Shown: positions 11,201 through 20,613 of the stretch, in pieces
How positions within the stretch are numbered: the stretch's first letter is position 1
How the letters are laid out: each line of letters opens with the position of its first letter
Assembly (NCBI GenBank): GCA_902783775.1
Contig: CACZSI010000135.1
Span: 44,775-108,774, forward strand
Length of the DNA stretch: 64,000 bases
Direction of reading: 5' to 3'
Source: an uncultured Lachnospiraceae bacterium
GTDB lineage: Bacteria; Bacillota; Clostridia; Lachnospirales; Lachnospiraceae
Made by a program: the position numbers and the translations under genes
The notes under the pieces: generated by a model
Seen by the model: the letters and a program-made list of their open reading frames with translations, nothing else
What the model was told of the DNA's origin: nothing
Database searches by the model: none

Positions 11201-11908
11201 TATTTCCTGACATATCATTTCTAAGCTGTCAGCGTAATATTCTGCCTTGTCTTTAAGATCATTTACTATATCTATAATCCATGAGCTGTTTTCTAAATCC
11301 TCTTTAGTTTCGACATTATATATTTTTTTAGTATTATTAAGCCAATTAACAGGATCAACACTATTAGATGCCTTTTCATCTATAGTTAAAATAAGCTTTG
11401 AAACATTATCTGTTATTTTTCCTTTAGCATACTTCTTAATAAGATCCATGAATTTTTCATCTTTAGATTCATAATAATCATTTATTAAATCTTTTAAAAC
11501 ATCTTCTTTTAAGAGTTTTAGCTCTGAAGAATCCGCCATTCTATAATTAGGATCAATATCAACCTTATCAAAGTTTTCTTTAACCACTCTAGAACAGAAA
11601 CTATCAATAGTAGTTATATTAGCATTGTGAATTAGAGAAAGCTGTTTTTTGATATTTTTATCATTAGGATTATCCATAGATATTTTATCTAATGCTATCC
11701 TAACTCTCTCGCTCATCTCAGATGCAGCAGCTCTGGTAAAAGTAAGCACTAAAAGTTTATCAATATCAATAGGATTCTCTTTATCTGTAATCTTTTTTAT
11801 AATGCGCTCTACTAAAACCGCAGTTTTTCCGGAACCTGCAGCAGCTGAAACTAAAATATTTCTATTTCTGGTATCAATTACCTTTTTCTGATTTGGTGTC
11901 CAATCCAT
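8300..11908 (-). CDS. addA: ATP-dependent helicase/nuclease subunit A
   Basis: AAAGSGKT, IDEYQD, VGDVKQSIYRFR, TIHSSKGL, C-terminal GIID...VDYKTD nuclease. Confidence 0.96.
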   Translation of the reverse strand: MDWTPNQKKVIDTRNRNILVSAAAGSGKTAVLVERIIKKITDKENPIDIDKLLVLTFTRAAASEMSERVRIALDKISMDNPNDKNIKKQLSLIHNANITTIDSFCSRVVKENFDKVDIDPNYRMADSSELKLLKEDVLKDLINDYYESKDEKFMDLIKKYAKGKITDNVSKLILTIDEKASNSVDPVNWLNNTKKIYNVETKEDLENSSWIIDIVNDLKDKAEYYADSLEMICQEIDAALKDNKSEKIYNVVIELRKIKDCNTLEELINKWPEFNGNKASFPSSLKPDSLKAVLSTKKTQIFKCGKNDKSKYLSRSVDEILTEMKLCKSQIDTLIDLTLEYRKAYEKARSEKNIMDFCDVSMAALEILNDRDEEGNYIPSKTAKAMSTNFEEIMIDEYQDSNMLQELILSSLAGGFGYNNMFMVGDVKQSIYRFRNANPELFIDKFDNYSSDLTDDSVKIVLDDNFRSRQEVINSVNFIFDFIMHREVGGIQYTENNRLNKKADYPKLPENQDNSTEIIMVEKTTGCNNGASFVASKIKEMVDSKMMVADKGVMRPIKYSDIVILLRNIKTPGPTFKNELDAQGVPVFLDTQNGFFDSLEVSIMVDILSIINNPHQDIALAAVMTNDVFGFTPNELAKIKTKGFGGDLYSVINQYANALDDDLAIKTRNFIELIDYYRSIVSHTSVYDLINDILNRTGLEYYVRSLPNGDSRILNLDILKRKANEYDAISYKGLFNFIRYIEKISSKDTDIDKASTITESDNVVRIMTIHSSKGLQFPVVIFANANTSLTGGGNKVPIEFDDKGDVSIECIDEVNMFSKKTMLDDYIKEYNDREEKAEDLRLLYVALTRAQEKLIITGEVKDETVFASYRLNNDKFLNKYDLLASKNYFDLIGKACAMNKSYNDIDDELDDELRQRLMSIERYGIDSNIAFKYVSAESVEHRKNTNMITDTVTKTSWLKDLESKEVDKNAVDKMLVDLDFEYPYVKDIALKSKVSVTELKKEHLEDIEYMHESVAPQKEYRELDFTKKTDDEVTGSMRGTAYHKIFELLDFKKSYNEEEISTFIKELADDNLIDKKVVSSINPKDILSFTDTELFKRMSIADENNKLYKEQKFLLGVNANEINDTDSDELVVIQGIIDAMFIEDNKVVIVDYKTDSVSDFSELKDRYKIQLDSYKAAAERISGLEVKECLIYSTKLKEAQVI

Positions 11909-11925
11909 ATTGCCTCCAATAAACT

Positions 11926-14900
11926 CTAATTCGAATTATACTTATCATCTAGTAGTTCTTTTAATTCGTCAATCTTAATACTTGTTGGTTTGCGATACTC
12001 GTTATTCATAGTTTCATCGAAATTACAAATATGCTTATAATCACAATATTCACATGCCTTTTTAATAGGATTAATATCAATGCAACCGCTTTTAATTTCA
12101 GATTTTATATCTTCTGATAAGTCATTAACATATCTTAAAAGCTTGGTATAATAATCTTCTTCTATTACATTACCTTTAACCTCTGAACTCTTATTAATTT
12201 TTATATTGATAACATCAGTATTGTGATTATGCAAAATATTTTCATCGAAAGCAGATAAAACTTCATCATTCTTATTAGCTAATCCACTCATAATAAATTT
12301 CTTGTTTCTAGCAATATCACAAATCGATTTAATAACTTCAGCATCATTTTCTAAACCATTATCTTTAAAAGCATCATTATAGTCAATGGATGGATTATAT
12401 ACTCTAAAATAATAACCACCTGCAGGATGAATAACCTTATCAGGATAAACTTTCTTTAGTTCATCTATAATATCACTCATATAAGTCATTAACTGAAGCT
12501 CTGTTCCGTCCACAGTCTCTCCTAAACTAAATGATTTATCGCCTGATTTATAATCTATTATCTTTACATAAATTTCATTATCTTTTTCAAAAATATCTAC
12601 TCTGTCGATAATTCCTCTTTTAATTTTCTTCTCAAAATATGTAGGATTAAACTGGCCTAAACCTACATGTCTAATCAATGCTTTAGCAGAAGTCTTAGTG
12701 ATATTAAGCATCTGCTCTCTAACAAACGCCCCCTTATTGGTATCCTCTAAAATAACCTCATCATCCACATTTTCAATGGCTCTGTCAAAGCATTTAGATA
12801 CTAATTCATCACTTTCTTCTTCACTAAAGTCAGAATAGTCAATATTATTATCCTTTAAATGATTAAAGTAATGAAAAAGGGTATCATGATAAACATTACC
12901 TAACTCATAATGTTTTAAGTCATCGCTTTCTCTAGGATTTAGCTTAAGTCCTATATCTAAAAAGCTAGCAAAGGCACATTTAGAATACTTTTCTAATCTG
13001 GTAGTTCCAATGTTTGTATATGCACTATATAAATCGTCAGCCACACTTTTATCTAATGCCTCCACACTGTTATCGTAGAAAGCACCTTTTAAAATATAAT
13101 CAATATATCTGTGATAATCCTTATGACTATTAATTAAATCAAATACATTAACAAACTCTTTATCTATTGAATTATTTTTCATAGCATCAATGTTATTTGA
13201 AAGATATTTAAGGGCCATGTCCTTTGTGCTAATCTCCCACTTAACCTTATCAGCATCAATTATTTCTAAACTTTCACAAAGCTTATTTATCTCTTTTATA
13301 AAATATGACTGTCTTCTGGTTTTACCGTCATTTCCCGCATTGGAAAATGTTAAAATCATTTTCTCGGTTGGTTTAGCCATTAGGGAATATAAATACATTT
13401 TTTGAGTAAACATATTTAATCTGGATGTAGGAGCCAAGGAATAATTTAACTTTTCTAACACTTCACGCTCCCTATCTGTGATTATTCCACCATTGACACT
13501 TGTCTGAGGTATTATTCCATCATTAACACCTATAAAGAATACAATTTTCTTAATATCATTTAATCTGGTTCTTTGAATATCTCCCACCATTACATTGTCC
13601 ATTCCAGGCGGTATAATTCCCACTTCGACACTCTCAAAACCAGCTTTTAAAACTTCATAAAAATCATTATGTGATAAAACTTCCTCACCTAATAGAGTAT
13701 GAATTCTCATTAATATCTCTAAAATCTTATCGTAAATCTGATCATATTCCTTTGATTTACTAAGGATATCCATATTGAATTCATTCTCTTTTTTAAGGTT
13801 ATCAAAATACTTCTTCTTTTTTTCAATGGCATCAGCCATATTTATAGCCTTTATAAAATCATAAATTGCTTCTATTTTTTCAGATACTTTAGCATCTTTC
13901 TTCTTTATCACATTTCTTACAGGGTCCACTATATCTATTAGTGCCTGTCTTATTTCATTGACATAAATAATAGTCTCATCCTCAAATCCCCTATATTTCT
14001 TTTCCCATTTTTTATGATAGCTACGATTACCTCTTCTGCCCGATCTATAAATATAATTATCAAAATAATCTTTTTTCTCAGCCTCATCAATAACCGTATC
14101 TAATCTTAAAAGATGCATTACAGAATCATAAGAATAATCTTTTTCAATAATGTTAAGGATGGCTAAAATAGTTTCAGCAAAAGGATTAGATGAAATATTT
14201 CTTTTTTGATCAATAAAAACCGGAATATTATTCTTTTCAAAAGCCTCTCTCATCTGCTTTTCATAATTAGCTAAATCCCCGGTTACCACTGCAATATCTC
14301 TGTATCTATAGCCCTTTTTAGATATAAGATATGTAATATATTCTGATACAAATTCTGTCTCCTTATAAGGATTTAAATTTCTATATATTTCAATATTTTT
14401 AAATGTATTTAGCTTCTCCCTGGTATTTCTAAAGATATTTTTTTCGACAAAACAAAACTCCTTATTATCCTTAATTCTATAAGGGAGCTTTTCCTCATCG
14501 GCGAATAAATAATCTAATACTTCTATATTGTTCTTTTTAGCAATTAAATCAAGCTTATAAATTGTTTCCTTAGTAAGGTAGAATAATTCCATCTCATCAT
14601 ACATCTTAAGATCGCCGGATAGATATTCTCTATCCTTATAAGGCAATAACAATGTCAATTTCACATCTTTAGCGTATATCATTAAAAGTTCTAGCACTCT
14701 TAACTGAATTGGTGTAAAACCTGTAAAACCATCTAAATAAAATGAGCTGTTTTTAATAAAATCTGAATCAGGAATTATTTTACAAAAATAGTTTAGTACA
14801 TCATCATTAGTAAACAATTTATCGCTTAGATAGTTATTAAATTCTCGATAAATAATATCAATATCATCTAATTTATGTAAAAGGCCTGGTTCATTTGATA

Positions 14901-15336
14901 AAACCTCTTTAATCCCTTTTACATCACCACTATCTATTCCATACTGTTTAAGCTCGCTAATTAAAGTCTTAATCTTTTCTGCAAAACCAGGCTTACTTAC
15001 CTTTTGTTTATATACAGTAAGATTATCCTTTACATCCTGCAATACCTTTTTTATTATAAGAGTTTTTCCCAGTTCATCTAATATGCTATATCCATTAATT
15101 CCCTGCTCTTCAAAAACTTGAAAAGCCAGCCTGTTCATAGAGGTAACCTCAATATTAAAGCTTCCTTTTCTAGGATGCAATGTTAAAATAGTTTTCTGGG
15201 TTTCCATAGAATACTGCTCAGGAACAAGAGCTAAAAAATTCTCATTAGTTCTCTCCATTGACTCTTCTATTAACATTTCATACAGTTTTCTTGATTTTCC
15301 ACTTCCTGCACTTCCTAAAATAAACTGTAAAGCCAT
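11926..15336 (-). CDS. addB: ATP-dependent helicase/nuclease subunit B
   Basis: GSAGSGKS, VPEQ, DGFTGFTP, IIDYKSG, Fe-S cysteines (C...CEYCDYKHIC). Confidence 0.95.
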   Translation of the reverse strand: MALQFILGSAGSGKSRKLYEMLIEESMERTNENFLALVPEQYSMETQKTILTLHPRKGSFNIEVTSMNRLAFQVFEEQGINGYSILDELGKTLIIKKVLQDVKDNLTVYKQKVSKPGFAEKIKTLISELKQYGIDSGDVKGIKEVLSNEPGLLHKLDDIDIIYREFNNYLSDKLFTNDDVLNYFCKIIPDSDFIKNSSFYLDGFTGFTPIQLRVLELLMIYAKDVKLTLLLPYKDREYLSGDLKMYDEMELFYLTKETIYKLDLIAKKNNIEVLDYLFADEEKLPYRIKDNKEFCFVEKNIFRNTREKLNTFKNIEIYRNLNPYKETEFVSEYITYLISKKGYRYRDIAVVTGDLANYEKQMREAFEKNNIPVFIDQKRNISSNPFAETILAILNIIEKDYSYDSVMHLLRLDTVIDEAEKKDYFDNYIYRSGRRGNRSYHKKWEKKYRGFEDETIIYVNEIRQALIDIVDPVRNVIKKKDAKVSEKIEAIYDFIKAINMADAIEKKKKYFDNLKKENEFNMDILSKSKEYDQIYDKILEILMRIHTLLGEEVLSHNDFYEVLKAGFESVEVGIIPPGMDNVMVGDIQRTRLNDIKKIVFFIGVNDGIIPQTSVNGGIITDREREVLEKLNYSLAPTSRLNMFTQKMYLYSLMAKPTEKMILTFSNAGNDGKTRRQSYFIKEINKLCESLEIIDADKVKWEISTKDMALKYLSNNIDAMKNNSIDKEFVNVFDLINSHKDYHRYIDYILKGAFYDNSVEALDKSVADDLYSAYTNIGTTRLEKYSKCAFASFLDIGLKLNPRESDDLKHYELGNVYHDTLFHYFNHLKDNNIDYSDFSEEESDELVSKCFDRAIENVDDEVILEDTNKGAFVREQMLNITKTSAKALIRHVGLGQFNPTYFEKKIKRGIIDRVDIFEKDNEIYVKIIDYKSGDKSFSLGETVDGTELQLMTYMSDIIDELKKVYPDKVIHPAGGYYFRVYNPSIDYNDAFKDNGLENDAEVIKSICDIARNKKFIMSGLANKNDEVLSAFDENILHNHNTDVINIKINKSSEVKGNVIEEDYYTKLLRYVNDLSEDIKSEIKSGCIDINPIKKACEYCDYKHICNFDETMNNEYRKPTSIKIDELKELLDDKYNSN

Positions 15337-15354
15337 AAGTCACCTCTTTTTATT

Positions 15355-17256
15355 CTATAAATTTTCTATCTTATCTAACCATAGTTTACCCACAGCATCA
15401 CTAGGCATTCTCAAATCACCTCTCGGAGAAAGTGCCACACTACCTACCTTAGGTCCATCCGGCATACAACTTCTCTTAAACTGCTGTGCGAAAAATCTTC
15501 TATAAAATGTTTTTAGCCATGATTTAATAACACTTTCATTAAACTCACCCTTGAAAGCTATCTTAGCTAAATATAAAATCTTATCCGGTTCATATCCAAA
15601 TCTTAAAACATAATATAGGAAAAAGTCATGTAAACTATAAGGTCCCACTAAATTTTCTGTTTTCTGTGAGATAACACCATCCTTAGGAGGCAATAACTCC
15701 GGACTAACAGGTGTATCTAAAATATCACGCAATATATCTGCAATTTCTTTATCCGTAGTATCTGCATAATAAGATACTAAATGTCTAACTAATGTCTTAG
15801 GAACACCGCTGTTAACACCGTACATAGACATATGATCTCCATTATATGTAGCCCATCCTAAAGCCATCTCAGACATATCACCTGTACCAATTACCATTCC
15901 ATTATATTCATTGGCTAAATCCATTAATAAATATGTTCTCTGTCTAGCCTGAGCATTTTCATATGTAATATCGTGAATATCAATATTATGTTCAATATCA
16001 TTAAAGTGAAGTTTAACAGCCTCAGATATATTAATTTCTCTGAATGTAGCCTTAAGAGATTTAATAAGTGTTACTGCATTAGTATATGTTCTGTCAGTAG
16101 TTCCAAATCCTGGCATAGTAACGGCTAAGATATTCTCTCTAGGAATATTTAATATATCAAAGGCTCTAACAGTTACCAATAAAGCTAAAGTAGAATCAAG
16201 TCCCCCTGAAACACCTACAACAGCACATTTACAACCTGTGTGCTCTAATCTTTTAACTAAACCGTATGCCTGAATATTTAAAATTTCCTGACATCTTTTC
16301 TGTCTCTCATCCTGATTAGATGGAACAAATGGCGCCTTATCAACATATCTGTTAAAGCTGTAATTATCATTTTCTTCAAATTCTATTTCAACCTCTTCTA
16401 TTCCATCGTCATCTATCTCAAATGTATTAATTCTTCTTCTCTCAGAAATTAACCTTCCCAAATCAATGTCCGCATAAATAGTTTGATTCTTAAATCTCTC
16501 AGATTCCTTTAATACTGTTCCATTTTCTACAATCAAATTATGACCACTAAAAACTAAATCTGTAGTGGACTCTCCAAGGCCTGCATCTGCGTAAACATAA
16601 GCGGATAAGGTTCTAGCAGACTGATTCTTTATTAAATCTCTTCTGTAAATGTCCTTTCCTGTATTTTCATCACTAGCAGATAGGTTGACATTTAATAGTG
16701 CTCCTGCCAATGATAATCTGGTAGATGGTGGATTAGGAACCCATAAATCCTCACATATTTCAATTCCAAACTTTAATTTAGTTCCAACTACGCTAAATAA
16801 TAAATTAGTGCCGAAATCTACATACTCATCATCTATTATTAAATCAGCTTCTACATCTATACCTGATGTAAAATGTCTCTTCTCGTAAAACTCTGAATAA
16901 TTAGGGATATAACTCTTAGGTACCACACCTAGAATCTCTCCTTTATAAATAACAGCCGCACAATTATATAGTTTAGTATTCACCATAAGAGGCACTCCAA
17001 CTACAGCAATAATATTTATATCCTCGCTTTCATCTCTTATATCTAACAATGCTTTTTTAGCACCATTAATTAAACTATCCTGCAGGAACAAATCCTGACA
17101 TGTATAGCCTGTAATAGACAATTCCGGAAAAACTATTAAGCCTGCTCCATTATCGCTAGCTTCCTTCATACATTCTAAAATGCGCTGACTGTTATATTCT
17201 ACATCAGCTACTTTTATCTTAGGTGTTGACGCTGCAACTTTAAAAAAATCAAACAT
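15355..17256 (-). CDS. nadE: Glutamine-dependent NAD+ synthetase
   Basis: Nitrilase-fold FPELSITGY and EICEDLW; synthetase SGGLDST, ENAQAR, QQFKRSCMPDGP. Confidence 0.96.
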   Translation of the reverse strand: MFDFFKVAASTPKIKVADVEYNSQRILECMKEASDNGAGLIVFPELSITGYTCQDLFLQDSLINGAKKALLDIRDESEDINIIAVVGVPLMVNTKLYNCAAVIYKGEILGVVPKSYIPNYSEFYEKRHFTSGIDVEADLIIDDEYVDFGTNLLFSVVGTKLKFGIEICEDLWVPNPPSTRLSLAGALLNVNLSASDENTGKDIYRRDLIKNQSARTLSAYVYADAGLGESTTDLVFSGHNLIVENGTVLKESERFKNQTIYADIDLGRLISERRRINTFEIDDDGIEEVEIEFEENDNYSFNRYVDKAPFVPSNQDERQKRCQEILNIQAYGLVKRLEHTGCKCAVVGVSGGLDSTLALLVTVRAFDILNIPRENILAVTMPGFGTTDRTYTNAVTLIKSLKATFREINISEAVKLHFNDIEHNIDIHDITYENAQARQRTYLLMDLANEYNGMVIGTGDMSEMALGWATYNGDHMSMYGVNSGVPKTLVRHLVSYYADTTDKEIADILRDILDTPVSPELLPPKDGVISQKTENLVGPYSLHDFFLYYVLRFGYEPDKILYLAKIAFKGEFNESVIKSWLKTFYRRFFAQQFKRSCMPDGPKVGSVALSPRGDLRMPSDAVGKLWLDKIENL

Positions 17257-17397
17257 TTATATCCTCCAAACCACTAAAAATCACTTAAATTTTAGTATTA
17301 TGCTTTAGTGATAATTATACTATATATACGGCTTTTTTTCTATTCACTTATGCCCATTGACCTTTGATATAAATAAGTATATCTCATGGGATGGGAC

Positions 17398-17430
17398 AAA
17401 AATAACCCAAGGCTTAAAAACCTTGGGTTA
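17398..17430 (-). terminator. Intrinsic terminator after dapB
   Basis: TAACCCAAGG/CCTTGGGTTA perfect stem with T-run. Confidence 0.8.
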
Positions 17431-17439
17431 ATTATTTTT

Positions 17440-18195
17440 TTATGCAATTACATCTGACATATCATACATTCCAGCGTCCTTACCAGCTAAGAATTTAGCT
17501 GCATCTACTGAACCTTTTGCAAATACTGCTCTAGAATATGCTGTATGTCTAATTTCAATAACCTCATCTGTACCGGCATAGATAACATCATGGACACCTA
17601 CGATAGTGCCACCTCTAACTGCAGAGATACCAATTTCTTTTTCATCTCTTGGCTCTCTTCTCTGACTTCTGTCAAATGTATATTTATACTTATTATCAGC
17701 TGCCTCATTAATTGTGTCAGCTAGAGCTAGTGCTGTTCCACTAGGAGCATCTAATTTTCTTCTATGATGCTGCTCTACGATTTCAATATCAAATCCTCTA
17801 TCGCTTAACACCTCTGTAGCTACTTTTAATAATTTCATTAAAGTATTTACTCCTAATGACATGTTAGCTGAGCGAAGGATTGCTACCTTCTTTGATGCCT
17901 CATCCACTTTTTTTAGCTGTTCATCACTTAAGCCTGTAGTACAAAGAACTAATGGAGTATTAGTATTTACTGAATACTCTAAAAGGCTCTCTAAAGCTTT
18001 AGGTGATGAGAAATCAATTATAGCATCTGCCTCAACATTCACATCGGCAATATTAGTAAATACAGGATAGTCATTGGCTACATCAGTAAATACATCTACA
18101 CCTGCCACAATCTCGGCATTAGCATCTTCATTAACTATATCTGTAATAACTCTTCCCATATGGCCATTGCAGCCAGTCATAATAATTCTAGTCAT
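17440..18195 (-). CDS. dapB: 4-hydroxy-tetrahydrodipicolinate reductase
   Basis: GCNGHMG, IDFS, CTTG, EQHHRRKLDAPSGTA. Confidence 0.97.
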   Translation of the reverse strand: MTRIIMTGCNGHMGRVITDIVNEDANAEIVAGVDVFTDVANDYPVFTNIADVNVEADAIIDFSSPKALESLLEYSVNTNTPLVLCTTGLSDEQLKKVDEASKKVAILRSANMSLGVNTLMKLLKVATEVLSDRGFDIEIVEQHHRRKLDAPSGTALALADTINEAADNKYKYTFDRSQRREPRDEKEIGISAVRGGTIVGVHDVIYAGTDEVIEIRHTAYSRAVFAKGSVDAAKFLAGKDAGMYDMSDVIA

Positions 18196-18211
18196 AAACT
18201 CCTCCTTCTAC

Positions 18212-19096
18212 TTATAGCAATCCGTAGTTCTTTAAAGCTTTCTCAACTACAGCTACATTGCCCTGTGATAAATTAGTAAGAGGTGCTCTAACAGGCCCTG
18301 CATTGTATCCAATCATTGATACAGCAGCCTTAACTGGAATAGGATTAACCTCGCAGAATAATGCTTTTGATAACTCTACTCCATCTAACTGTAATTTAGT
18401 AGCTGTGGCAATATCTCCATCGAAGAATGCCTGGCACATATCATGTACCTGCTTTGGTGCAACGTTTGACCAAACTGAGATAACACCTTTTCCTCCTAAT
18501 GATAATAAAGGTAATACCTGATCATCATTTCCTGAGTAAATATCGATACATCCATCAGCCAATGCAGCTAATGTAGCCACCTGTGAAATATTTCCTGAAG
18601 CTTCCTTAATAGCTACTACATTTTCTACTTCCTTAGCGATTCTTACAGCTGTCTCTGGAAGAATGTTAGTACCTGTACGTGATGGTACATTGTACATAAT
18701 AATTGGAATATCAACTGCATCTGCAATTGTCTTATAATACTGATATAATCCTTCCTGAGTGGCCTTATTATAATATGGTGTAACTACTAATAATCCGTCT
18801 GCTCCAAAGCTAGCTGCTTTAGATGATAAATTAACAGCGTCCTTTGTATTATTTGAACCTGTACCTGCAATAACCGGAACTCTTCCTGCTACTTTATCGA
18901 TACAATATTTAATTGTATCTAAATGCTCTTCATCAGTCATAGTAGATGATTCACCTGTTGTACCACAGATAATAATAGCATCAGTTTTGTTTTCAATCTG
19001 GAATTCGATAAGTCTTCCTAATTCTTCAAAGTTAATAGTTCCATCCTCATTAAATGGTGTGACAATAGCAACACCTGCTCCTGTAAAAATTGACAT
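18212..19096 (-). CDS. dapA: 4-hydroxy-tetrahydrodipicolinate synthase
   Basis: GTTGES, VTPYYNK, YNVPSRTG, IKEASG. Confidence 0.97.
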   Translation of the reverse strand: MSIFTGAGVAIVTPFNEDGTINFEELGRLIEFQIENKTDAIIICGTTGESSTMTDEEHLDTIKYCIDKVAGRVPVIAGTGSNNTKDAVNLSSKAASFGADGLLVVTPYYNKATQEGLYQYYKTIADAVDIPIIMYNVPSRTGTNILPETAVRIAKEVENVVAIKEASGNISQVATLAALADGCIDIYSGNDDQVLPLLSLGGKGVISVWSNVAPKQVHDMCQAFFDGDIATATKLQLDGVELSKALFCEVNPIPVKAAVSMIGYNAGPVRAPLTNLSQGNVAVVEKALKNYGLL

Positions 19097-19159
19097 TTTA
19101 CACTTCCTCCTTTAAAAAAATTATTAGTAGATCATCCCGTGATATTTCTTATTATACAG

Positions 19160-19192
19160 AAAAAATAAGGCTTCCCATACGGAAAGCCTTTA
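19160..19192 (-). terminator. Attenuator terminator of the lysine riboswitch
   Basis: AAGGCTTTCC-GTAT-GGGAAGCCTT-ATTTTT between the aptamer and dapA. Confidence 0.8.
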
Positions 19193-19202
19193 ATTAACAT
19201 CT

Positions 19203-19368
19203 GTTTCGTAGCTCTCCATCTGGCGATGACAGTCATATGATTATTAACCATATGCCCAGAGAAATAATTTACCCTCTTATCTCTCTTCGGCGTTAATGCC
19301 TTTCACACATCTTCATATACCTGGTAGTATCCAATGTGCTACTAATTTATAACGCAACCTCTACTTCC
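19203..19368 (-). promoter_or_regulatory. Lysine riboswitch (L-box)
   Basis: AGAGGTTGC, AGTA, GAAAGG, GCCGAA, CTGGG, ACTGTC and GGAGAGCTAC in the correct order upstream of dapA. Confidence 0.93.
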
Positions 19369-19383
19369 TATTCAATTGTCTAT

Positions 19384-19412
19384 ATCATAACAAACCACAG
19401 TATATATGTCAA
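19384..19412 (-). promoter_or_regulatory. SigA promoter for the riboswitch-dapAB transcript
   Basis: TTGACA-17 bp-TATGAT with TG extension. Confidence 0.8.
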
Positions 19413-19421
19413 CCTGAATAA

Positions 19422-20543
19422 TTAATATTTATATCCCTTTGGCATACCTATTTTAATATACTGTTTTCCTAAATCTGTAATCTTACCTGTATAGGTATTA
19501 AGCATGGCTGATGCAGAATTTCTTTCATTGCTGACAGGGAATGAGAACCACGCATATCTCTCCACGTAATCTCTCTTTTCTAGCCCCTCAATAACCTTTT
19601 TCATATATCGAATAACCACTTCTTCTCTTCTAGGATCGCCATCTTTTCTAGGCACTCCACTTATGGCAAACTCAGTTACCCAAATCGGCTTATGATACAT
19701 ATTATATGTATTATCAATCATTTTCAAAAAGGCTTCGGCACCCTCATCATCATACCAATTCCAATAATGATGAACAGGAATAAAATCATACTTTAAATTA
19801 TTAGCTTCAATCTTTTTCATAAATGGTTTAAACCAATCCTTAGACCACTCTGGCATTAATGCAGTAGCCGGCAATCCGACATATAATCCTTTATTCTGAA
19901 AATCCTTCATCCCCTCCACTGCATCATCCACAGGAATATCTGACTGATCCACAGCATCAGGCTCATTGTAGGCTAAAATATGTCTGTAACCTAATTCCTT
20001 ACACAAAGTAATATTATCAGAATCAGTATCAAATTTAGACCAAATCATTGGAACAAACTCTAAATCTCTAAAACTTACATAATTATGTTTGCTAAATGAC
20101 CAATTATAATACCATGAAGCACCCCATTTATCTGCTTCCACATTCCAGGCCATCTCCTTATTCATACATAAACCTTTTTTATTTACATAAATGGTATTGC
20201 AATTAGATTCAATTTTTTCTTTATCTGTAATGGCCACAATTTTAATCTTATATCCCTTAGTTTTAGTAAGATAAATTTCACTTGAATTTTTATTTTTATC
20301 AACGTCACACACTTTTTTATCGTCAATATAAATCTCATATTTTTTAACACCGCTTATATCCTTAGCCTTCTTAAACTCCACTAAGATATGCCCTGCAGGT
20401 GACAATGAATTAGCTTTAGGGCTAGTTAATGCACTGCTCTTCCACTCTTTTATGTTTTTATACTGTGAATACTTAAAGGATGCTATTATTGCACTAATTA
20501 AAACAAGGAATAATCCAATAATTATAATAAGTTTCTTTTTCAT
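19422..20543 (-). CDS. GH128-like glycoside hydrolase, probably membrane-anchored at the N-terminus, no basic C-terminal module
   Basis: WYYNW, FVPMIW, YNEPD, PIWVTEF, VERYAWF; N-terminal hydrophobic helix. Confidence 0.85.
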   Translation of the reverse strand: MKKKLIIIIGLFLVLISAIIASFKYSQYKNIKEWKSSALTSPKANSLSPAGHILVEFKKAKDISGVKKYEIYIDDKKVCDVDKNKNSSEIYLTKTKGYKIKIVAITDKEKIESNCNTIYVNKKGLCMNKEMAWNVEADKWGASWYYNWSFSKHNYVSFRDLEFVPMIWSKFDTDSDNITLCKELGYRHILAYNEPDAVDQSDIPVDDAVEGMKDFQNKGLYVGLPATALMPEWSKDWFKPFMKKIEANNLKYDFIPVHHYWNWYDDEGAEAFLKMIDNTYNMYHKPIWVTEFAISGVPRKDGDPRREEVVIRYMKKVIEGLEKRDYVERYAWFSFPVSNERNSASAMLNTYTGKITDLGKQYIKIGMPKGYKY

Positions 20544-20567
20544 ATTTCAAAAAATCCTCTTTCATAA

Positions 20568-20598
20568 CAATAAGGTGACAATAAATGCCACCCTATTG
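20568..20598 (-). terminator. Intergenic stem-loop (terminator or mRNA stabiliser)
   Basis: CAATAGGGTGGCA-TTTAT-TGTCACCTTATTG, 13 bp including G-U pairs, weak U-tail. Confidence 0.6.
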
Positions 20599-20613
20599 CT
20601 TTATGTTTTATGT

